64,000 nt of DNA, taken from contig SIAA01000007.1 in assembly GCA_009692045.1 (NCBI GenBank), positions 3,202 through 67,201 of the forward strand, in the 5' to 3' direction. Below the pieces are notes generated by a model, which made no database searches, was not told where the DNA came from, and saw only the letters and a list, made by a program, of their open reading frames with translations. The position numbers and the translations under genes were made by a program. Below, in pieces: positions 57,541-64,000 of the stretch. The DNA comes from Phycisphaerales bacterium (GTDB lineage: Bacteria; Planctomycetota; Phycisphaerae; Phycisphaerales; SM1A02). Each line of letters begins with the position of its first letter. Position 1 is the stretch's first letter.

Positions 57541-58617
57541 TCAGGCGTAGTGACGGCCGAAGCGGTTGGTGATGAAGTCCTGGTAGTTCACATCTTCCAT
57601 GCGCACGAATCCCTCGGCGGGGATCTTGCCTTGGTCGAGCAGGTCAACCATGGCGCAAATGCCGGCCGCGGTTGTGAGTTGGATCGCGGTCCAGTGCCGT
57701 CCTCCTAGCGTTAGCCCGAGGATTTGCTTGGCCGCCGTTCGCTCGACTAGGCGTCCACCAATGTTGCCAGTCGCGGTCACAAAAACCACCACGACATCAT
57801 CATCGGTTGCGGGAATGGCTCGATTGAAGACAGTCGCCAAGTCAGCCTTGTGCTCAAGGAACCGCAGGTCTTTGATGAGAAACTTCATGAGCTCACAGTG
57901 GCCGGGATAACGAATGGTCTTATAGGTGAGGTTGCGTACGCGCCCCTGATAGGTTTCAGAGAGTGAGCCGAGCCCTCCTGAAGTGTTGAATGCTTCAAAG
58001 AGAGTTCCAGAAAGCATGAACGACTCCAGATGCTCCAGTGGTTGCAGCAACGCATTCTCGCCCTCGCAGATTGCTTCGCAAGGATTGCAATACTCGTTGA
58101 TCAGGCCATCGGTCGACCAAGTGAGGTTGTACTTGAGCCGGTTTGTGGGATTGCGAGGCAGTGCGCCCACGCCGAGGCGAAGGTCGAGGAGCGGACTGAG
58201 CCCTTCAGAGAGATGGTGAGCGACGATGGAGATGTACCCGGGTGCGAGTCCGCACTGGGGGATGAGCGCACTCTTCGAACCCACCGCCAGAGCCTTCACA
58301 GCCTTGGTTGTTCCCACATCTTCAGTCAGATCGAGATAGTGGGCACCGGCCTCCTTCGCACACTTGGCGATCAGTGTGTTGCACCGATAAGGTGCGCAGC
58401 TGACAACGGCCCACTTGCCCTTCATGACCCTAGCGAGAGCAGCGCAATCATCGAAGCTGACCTGCTCTGCAACAACACCGGCGTCGCTCGCGGCGCACTG
58501 ATCGGCGTGCGCGCGCGATGAGTCGGCAACCGTCACTTGATAGTCGCCACAAGAGCCGAGCAGGTAGGTAACCATTCGGCCGATCTTGCCAGCGCCGAGA
58601 ACGAGAACTGATTTCAT
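57541..58617 (-). CDS. Saccharopine-dehydrogenase-family NAD(P)-dependent oxidoreductase
   Basis: Rossmann start MKSVLVLGAGKIGRMV. The middle region (HYLDLTED, PQCGLAPGYISIVA, NLTWSTDGLINEY) resembles the saccharopine/lysine-6-dehydrogenase/carboxynorspermidine-dehydrogenase fold. It ends 24 nt upstream of the decarboxylase start. Confidence 0.72.
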   Translation of the reverse strand: MKSVLVLGAGKIGRMVTYLLGSCGDYQVTVADSSRAHADQCAASDAGVVAEQVSFDDCAALARVMKGKWAVVSCAPYRCNTLIAKCAKEAGAHYLDLTEDVGTTKAVKALAVGSKSALIPQCGLAPGYISIVAHHLSEGLSPLLDLRLGVGALPRNPTNRLKYNLTWSTDGLINEYCNPCEAICEGENALLQPLEHLESFMLSGTLFEAFNTSGGLGSLSETYQGRVRNLTYKTIRYPGHCELMKFLIKDLRFLEHKADLATVFNRAIPATDDDVVVVFVTATGNIGGRLVERTAAKQILGLTLGGRHWTAIQLTTAAGICAMVDLLDQGKIPAEGFVRMEDVNYQDFITNRFGRHYA

Positions 58618-58732
58618 TTAGATGTGTTCCTAGTGAGTGAACAAACTTGGAGGAATGGGAGCAGCGGGCTAGGAAAAGATACCCGCAGGGTGGATTGCCG
58701 GAGCGGGGCGGCCCAAGTGGTGCGCCGATCAC

Positions 58733-60445
58733 CTACAGAGGCAGCGAAGTCAGTTCCCGTTCCACTTCATCCACAAGCCTGCCTACTGTTTCAGGCCCAA
58801 AGTCAAAGGAAATACCCGCGGCCTGGAAGAGTTGGGGAAGCGGCTTGGAGCCACCAAGGGACAGCGCGCGCTTGTACCCCGCGAGCGCGCCGTGCGCATC
58901 GCTCCTAGAGAGAAGCCACAGTTGCAGAGCACCGAGCTGAGCGATCCCATACTCGATGTAATAGAAGGGAAGTCCGAACAGGTGCAACTGCCGCTGCCAC
59001 GCCGTTTCGAGAGCGCGCTGGTGACCCTCAAAGGATGCTTCGGCGCCGAATCGCGCGTGCAGTTGCAGCCACTGTTCAGTGCGCTCGGTCTGCGAATGCT
59101 GGGGATTGGTGTATATCCACTGTTGGAATGCATCGATGGTGGCCACCCATGGAAGCACGCTGATTATGCCCTCAAGGTGATCGCGGCGGGCGCGACCTGC
59201 CTCGAGAGGAGAGTAGAACTCGTCGAGGTAGGGATATGTCAGGAGCTCCTGCGACATGGACGCGACTTCAGCGAACTCCATGGGACTGCCTCGGTAGGCA
59301 AGGAGCGGATCATGTTTGCAGAGGATCGAATGGAAGGCGTGTCCGGCCTCATGGACCATCGTCGTCAGATCACGGTGTAGACCCGCGGCGTTCATGAAGA
59401 TAAATGGCGTGCGGGATCGTTGCCTCTGATACTGATATCCGCCCGGCGCCTTACCCTTGCGCGACTCGAGGTCGAGGCAGCCACCGCCCCGCATCGAATC
59501 GAACATCAGTCCTAACTCGGAGTCCATGCGGTGATAGGCGCGGCTGGTTCGTTCGACTAACTGCTCCGATCCCTCGAAGGGGCGAAGCGGCGGACGACCC
59601 TGCACATCTACTTTCAGGTCCCACGGTCGCAGCTGTTGAAGCCCCAGTTGCTGGGTCCGCTCCCGGTGCAGGCGACGCATCAGTGGAACAACGCGCTCCT
59701 CGCATGCCTTGTGAAAGGTGAAACAGTCGGCGGGTGCGTAGTCGAACCGGTGCATTCGTTCATGTTGGAAGTCACGAAAGTTCGCAAAGCCCGCGTTTCG
59801 GCCCATCTGGTCGCGCAGGACGATCATCTGATCAAAGAGGGCGCTGATCTGATCCGCATCCTGAAGGCGGCGGTTGGCGAGGGTCACCCAGGCAGATTCG
59901 CGGGTAGCCCGATCGGTCTCCTCGAGGTAGCGAGCCATCTGAGCCAGTGTCTGTTCGCGTCCATCGAACTGAACACTCATAGCACCCGAGATCTGGCTGT
60001 ACTGCTGATCGAGCTTGGTGCACTCGGTGGCGAGCGCGACATTCTTAGTTCGGAAAAGACGAACCTCCACTCCGAGCTCCCTCAGGTACTGTCCGTAACG
60101 ACTTTGATCTAGATCGCCTACGAACTGGCAGGCAGTGATCCGTTGATCCAGTTCAAACCCGACGCGGCGCAAATTGGGCTCGACCTTCTCGACGAATGTC
60201 AGGAAGGCCGTGCGGGCCGGCTGATCGTCAGTGTGGCAGGTCATCGCAATATATAGATTGGCTTCGGCCTCGCCCATGGCAGCGTCGAGTTCGCTCCGAT
60301 CGAGGATCAGGGTCTCGAGGCAGCCCGCGCAGTGGATTGGGCGCTCCAGCAGGGTCCGGTATAGCGGCTCGAGGTTCTCCCAAGCCGTTGCGTCCAAGTC
60401 TGCTGGTACGAACTCTCTGCTGGTACAGGCGGTTGATGTATTCAT
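58733..60445 (-). CDS. pepF: M3-family oligoendopeptidase (PepF-like)
   Basis: Zinc motif HEAGHAFH with a downstream EFAEVASMSQE. The length and N-terminal helical domain are typical of M3B. The start is set at MNTSTA (60445); the ORF opens at 60493. Confidence 0.84.
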   Translation of the reverse strand: MNTSTACTSREFVPADLDATAWENLEPLYRTLLERPIHCAGCLETLILDRSELDAAMGEAEANLYIAMTCHTDDQPARTAFLTFVEKVEPNLRRVGFELDQRITACQFVGDLDQSRYGQYLRELGVEVRLFRTKNVALATECTKLDQQYSQISGAMSVQFDGREQTLAQMARYLEETDRATRESAWVTLANRRLQDADQISALFDQMIVLRDQMGRNAGFANFRDFQHERMHRFDYAPADCFTFHKACEERVVPLMRRLHRERTQQLGLQQLRPWDLKVDVQGRPPLRPFEGSEQLVERTSRAYHRMDSELGLMFDSMRGGGCLDLESRKGKAPGGYQYQRQRSRTPFIFMNAAGLHRDLTTMVHEAGHAFHSILCKHDPLLAYRGSPMEFAEVASMSQELLTYPYLDEFYSPLEAGRARRDHLEGIISVLPWVATIDAFQQWIYTNPQHSQTERTEQWLQLHARFGAEASFEGHQRALETAWQRQLHLFGLPFYYIEYGIAQLGALQLWLLSRSDAHGALAGYKRALSLGGSKPLPQLFQAAGISFDFGPETVGRLVDEVERELTSLPL

Positions 60446-60498
60446 GAACGGTGCAGGATAGAGGAGAGCCCCGCATCGGGCGCCATCCTGCACCGCGA

Positions 60499-61443
60499 TC
60501 AGTCAACAGAGGGGCAGGTTCCACAAGCGACTGCGGGGAGCCCGATTTCCGAGTGAGCCCGGGAGGCCAGCAGAGATGCCTCTGCATTACTGGCGCATAG
60601 ACAAAACAGGCTCGATCCGCTGCCGCAAACATGGATTGGCTTGCCGGACAGCTTGCCGAGCGCAACTGCCGAAGCCGCCATTTGAGGGGATACGCGAGCC
60701 GCGGCCACGGCAAGATCATTGAACGGAAGGTGTGGGTCTAGCGCGCCTGCCTGGGCGAGAGCGAGTACCTCAGCCTCGCGGCGGGGGAGTTCCGAGCGAG
60801 GAGTTTGTGGCAGCAGCTCATCGAACATTCTGTACACCGAGCCGGTCGAACAAGTGGCCGCCGGAAACGCGAGCACAACATGGATCTCAGGTGTTGCGTC
60901 TAGATGAAGGACACTCTCACCGAGTCCACGCACGATCGAACTTCCACCACGGACTAAAAAGGAGACATCGCTGCCAAGACCCGCCGCGATGGGAGCGAGG
61001 TCACTGGCGGTCAGCCCCAGGTCAAAGAGTTGATTCAGCCCTCGGAGCATGGCCGCAGCATTGGAACTGCCGCCGCCGAGTCCCCCGCCAACTGGAATCC
61101 GTTTGTCGAGTCGCATGCGCACGGGAAGCGGGTGCTTCACATGCGCCTCCAGAACCTGATGGGCGCGAAAGGCAAGGTCGCGACTGATGGGCCAATCGAT
61201 CTCCGTAGGTCGCGGCGCATTTGTAGCCCACTGAATGGCGAAGGCACTGAGTGAGAGAGGAGGCAAGCGCTGCAGTTGCAGTTCGTCGCCCCAACTCAGG
61301 GTAATCATCCATGAGGCGATCCGGTGCATGCCGTTTGCCAGCGGTGCGCCCACAGCCAACGCCAAGTTCAACTTGGCAGGGCACGCAACCGTTATCTGTG
61401 ATGCAGCCGCCATCGACTGCAAGGTAACAGGGTCCGGGCTCAC
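60499..61443 (-). CDS. ispE: 4-diphosphocytidyl-2-C-methyl-D-erythritol kinase
   Basis: CPAKLNLALAVG and the GHMP kinase motif PVGGGLGGGSSNAAAML. Confidence 0.88.
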   Translation of the reverse strand: MSPDPVTLQSMAAASQITVACPAKLNLALAVGAPLANGMHRIASWMITLSWGDELQLQRLPPLSLSAFAIQWATNAPRPTEIDWPISRDLAFRAHQVLEAHVKHPLPVRMRLDKRIPVGGGLGGGSSNAAAMLRGLNQLFDLGLTASDLAPIAAGLGSDVSFLVRGGSSIVRGLGESVLHLDATPEIHVVLAFPAATCSTGSVYRMFDELLPQTPRSELPRREAEVLALAQAGALDPHLPFNDLAVAAARVSPQMAASAVALGKLSGKPIHVCGSGSSLFCLCASNAEASLLASRAHSEIGLPAVACGTCPSVD

Positions 61444-61460
61444 CGTAGAATCACTCCCCC

Positions 61461-62711
61461 ATGCTTTGGCAGCCCGAACTTCCAGCTAAGTACCGCGAGA
61501 TGAGTGATGACGCCCTCGGAGCTGCCATCTCCCAGCGTCGCTTGGAACTGGGTTCGGACTTGCTGGTGCTCGGGCATCACTATCAGCGAGACGATGTGGT
61601 GCGTCACGCCGATTTCACGGGCGACAGTCTGAAGTTGAGTCAGTTGAGTTCAAGCGAGTCGGAGAGGCGCGGTGTCAAGTGGATCGTGTTTTGCGGAGTC
61701 CACTTCATGGCCGAGACTGCTGACATTCTGAATGAGGGCAGAGTGGCGGTGATTCTGCCCGACCTGTCTGCTGGATGCAGCATGGCTGACATGGCAGACG
61801 CGGGTGATGCCGAGGACGCGCTCAATGCTCTGGAAGCGGCGCATCGCGCTCTTGGGGCCGTCCGAGTGATCCCCATCACCTATGTGAACTCAAGTGCTGC
61901 GGTCAAGGCACTGGTTGGCTCCCGCGGTGGCGCCTGTTGCACCAGCAGCAATGCCGAGCGCGTGATGGAGTGGGCTCTTGCGGGAGGCAATCAACCTCTC
62001 TCCCCGGGCGAGCGCGTGCAAATACTTTTTCTGCCCGATCAGCACCTAGGGCGCAACACTGCCAAGCGCAGGGGATTCGTAACCGATGTGGATGCCATGG
62101 CGGGGCGCGAAGCTGACCAAGCCGGGGCATCGACCGATGCCTCTGGGGCGCCCGCGACCTCACCGAAGTCGCAAGTATCGCTTTGGCAACCGCGACTTCC
62201 CAGCGGTGGTCTTACCACCCGGCAAATGGTGAGCGCGTCAATCGTGCTTTGGGCCGGTCACTGCAGTGTGCACAAGTTGTTTCGGTTGGAGCATGTCGAG
62301 GAGATCCGCCAGCGCCATGACGGCACGCGTGTTGTTGTCCATCCCGAGTGCTCGCAGGATGTAGTGGATGCCGCCGACCTGGTTGGGTCCACTGAGTTCA
62401 TCATCAAGGTGATTGAGGCGGCCGCTCCAGATACAAGCTGGGCAGTTGGAACCGAGTTTCATCTGGTGGAGAGACTGGCTAGGGCGGCCACCAAGCGGGG
62501 AATCACTGTGCACGCACTTTCTGACTGCCAGTGCATGTGCACCACGATGTTCCGCATCGATCAGGCGCACCTGCTGTGGACACTGGATAACTTGGCGGAT
62601 GGACGGGTCGTGAATCAGGTGAAGGTCTCGGAGTTGGTGCGAGCGCAGGCGCGTTTGGCCATTGATCGGATGATGGCCAATGCGACGCCACTAACAGCGT
62701 CCATTGACTGA
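61461..62711 (+). CDS. nadA: Quinolinate synthase
   Basis: VLGHHYQRDDVV..ADFTGDSLKLS, VFCGVHFMAETADIL, PDLSAGCSMAD, FLPDQHLGRN, WAGHCSVH, VVVHPEC, and CQCMCTTMFRI. Confidence 0.9.
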   Translation: MLWQPELPAKYREMSDDALGAAISQRRLELGSDLLVLGHHYQRDDVVRHADFTGDSLKLSQLSSSESERRGVKWIVFCGVHFMAETADILNEGRVAVILPDLSAGCSMADMADAGDAEDALNALEAAHRALGAVRVIPITYVNSSAAVKALVGSRGGACCTSSNAERVMEWALAGGNQPLSPGERVQILFLPDQHLGRNTAKRRGFVTDVDAMAGREADQAGASTDASGAPATSPKSQVSLWQPRLPSGGLTTRQMVSASIVLWAGHCSVHKLFRLEHVEEIRQRHDGTRVVVHPECSQDVVDAADLVGSTEFIIKVIEAAAPDTSWAVGTEFHLVERLARAATKRGITVHALSDCQCMCTTMFRIDQAHLLWTLDNLADGRVVNQVKVSELVRAQARLAIDRMMANATPLTASID

Positions 62712-62727
62712 GGTGACATTGATAGAT

Positions 62728-64000
62728 ATGCCGCAGCCAGATTCGGGAGCGCACGAGAAGCGGATTCGCCGCCTCCTCATCGCAGGCGCTGTTACGTCGG
62801 TGTTGCTGATCACCCTCATTGCAGCAACTCCCACCCTCCTGAGCGGCGAGATAGGAAGGTCGATACTTGTTGGAGTGCTCAAGGAGCGGGTTCGAGGCGA
62901 GGTGACGGTGGGAGAACTCGACCTGAGTTGGAGCGGCCCGCAGAGTGTGAGAGCTCTGGTGATCTCCAGCACGGAGGCAGGCTCCATTGAACTAAGCGCT
63001 TCGGTAGCCACCAGCGCATGGGAGCTGTTGCGTGGCGAGAGTGCTCCAATACAGATTGACTGCTCCGGCGCAGTTCGTACCACCTACGACCAGGAGGGGG
63101 CGATGGCAATCGCCAGGTTGTTTCGCGCCGAGGATGATGGCAGCGAAGATGAGTCGGCCGCACTTCCCGAGCAACTGCGAAACTTTACTTTGGTACTCAA
63201 GGACTTCGTTCTGGAAGCCACGGCCCAGTCGCCAGCTCAGGGCAACAGCGGGCTGATGGCACTTCGCGGCATTGGGGGGACGCTCGCTATCAGCGGGGGA
63301 AACGCAGCGATCAACCTCAAGGGATCCTCTGTCGTGAACGACCTCGGCGGATCATTCGCAGTCGATATAGAGGCTAAAGGAGTGATCGGGCCTAGCGGCG
63401 AGTTTCGCTCCTCGGGTGCCTCACTCAACGCCAGCATCAGCGCCGAGGCGTTGCCCCTTCCCGCTCGTGGTGCCCCTGTTGATGTGCGCGACTTGGTGGT
63501 GCGCGCCTCGTCGAGCGATCTGACGCAGAGCCTCGACCTGCAGGTCGCCGCGCAAATCGGCAGCTCTACTGAAGTACCGGCAACGGTGGCTGCCACTGTC
63601 AATGTTTCTCAGCCAGCATCGCTTTGGGGTGAGGGAGATCGGTCAAAGTTGGCGGTGGCGGGGACCGCATCTTTGCAGAACATTCCCAGCGGGTTGCTCT
63701 CGCCATACTTGGCTGACTCGGTAGTCGATCCCGTGCGCGACCTTGGTCCGATCATCGATCTGCAGCTGAAACTCGATGGGCGCACCATGTCTCTTGACTT
63801 GAAGTCGCAGCGAGTGTCCGCCTCCGCTGCCGGGGAACTTTCAACGGACGGCATGGTGGTGGTTTGTTCGCGTTCTGTGGTGACGGCCCAGTTGTCACCT
63901 CTGCTGCTCGAACCGCTCATCGGTGTTCGACCGAGCGAGGATTGGCCTGTCACATTCAACAGCACAAGGCTGCAGCTGCCGATCTCGCCCTTCGACCTCG
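62728..64000 (+). CDS. Membrane-anchored, beta-rich protein (AsmA/TamB-like?), 3' end outside the window
   Basis: Absent from the ORF track because no stop falls in the window. I translated from the ATG at 62728 to 64000 with no stop: MPQPDSGAHEKRIRRLLIAGAVTSVLLITLIAATPTLLSGEIGRSILVGVLKERVRGEVTVGELDLSWSGPQSV.... A single N-terminal TM helix followed by repetitive Ser/Ala/Gly/Val strands resembles the N-termini of AsmA/TamB-family proteins. The functional call is weak. Confidence 0.5.
   Translation, partial: MPQPDSGAHEKRIRRLLIAGAVTSVLLITLIAATPTLLSGEIGRSILVGVLKERVRGEVTVGELDLSWSGPQSVRALVISSTEAGSIELSASVATSAWELLRGESAPIQIDCSGAVRTTYDQEGAMAIARLFRAEDDGSEDESAALPEQLRNFTLVLKDFVLEATAQSPAQGNSGLMALRGIGGTLAISGGNAAINLKGSSVVNDLGGSFAVDIEAKGVIGPSGEFRSSGASLNASISAEALPLPARGAPVDVRDLVVRASSSDLTQSLDLQVAAQIGSSTEVPATVAATVNVSQPASLWGEGDRSKLAVAGTASLQNIPSGLLSPYLADSVVDPVRDLGPIIDLQLKLDGRTMSLDLKSQRVSASAAGELSTDGMVVVCSRSVVTAQLSPLLLEPLIGVRPSEDWPVTFNSTRLQLPISPFDL

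Noticed and set aside
58618-58732. TTGTTC-N17-CTAAAT promoter-like match upstream of the saccharopine-dehydrogenase-family gene
   Set aside because: The -10-like hexamer overlaps the ATG itself, so the predicted transcription start would fall inside the coding sequence. It is not a usable promoter for this start codon.

Overview
GC-rich, very gene-dense bacterial chromosomal segment. I call 55 protein-coding genes (two running off the window edges) and one 16S rRNA gene. I saw no tRNA, CRISPR array, transposase, integrase or other mobile element. The content is mostly housekeeping: cysE, rsmA, rny, acnA, tkt-rpiB, ltaE, ruvB, ribH-nusB-ftsY, hrpB, folC, coaBC, rnd, an rpmF-plsX-fabH-fabD...acpP-fabF fatty-acid cluster, rpsL-rpsG, ispE and nadA. 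The likely source is a member of the Planctomycetota, possibly Phycisphaerae-like. This is inferred from four things: the 16S stretch ACTCCTACGGGAGGCTGCAGT, a 16S gene with no 23S/5S behind it, a DUF1592-type/DUF1552 gene pair, and a prepilin-like N-terminal methylation-motif protein. The items most worth a second look are listed here. (1) A tightly coupled operon of a cytochrome-c-motif DUF1592-type protein, a Tat-signal DUF1552 protein and a single ORF fusing a PhoD-like metallophosphoesterase to an MltA-like lytic transglycosylase, with a TPR Ser/Thr kinase divergently abutting it. (2) A stand-alone 16S rRNA unit with its own near-consensus promoter, a leader of about 380 nt and an intrinsic terminator. 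(3) A 420-bp non-coding island with phased short repeats and an orphan strong terminator, which may hold a small RNA. (4) A fab cluster in which fabG is inverted and a Pro/Gly-rich lipoprotein gene is inserted. (5) A group II PLP decarboxylase paired with a saccharopine-dehydrogenase-family enzyme. (6) An EF-hand protein with a Gly/Arg/Gln-rich tail. All functional calls come from motif recognition in the supplied translations. No database search was run.
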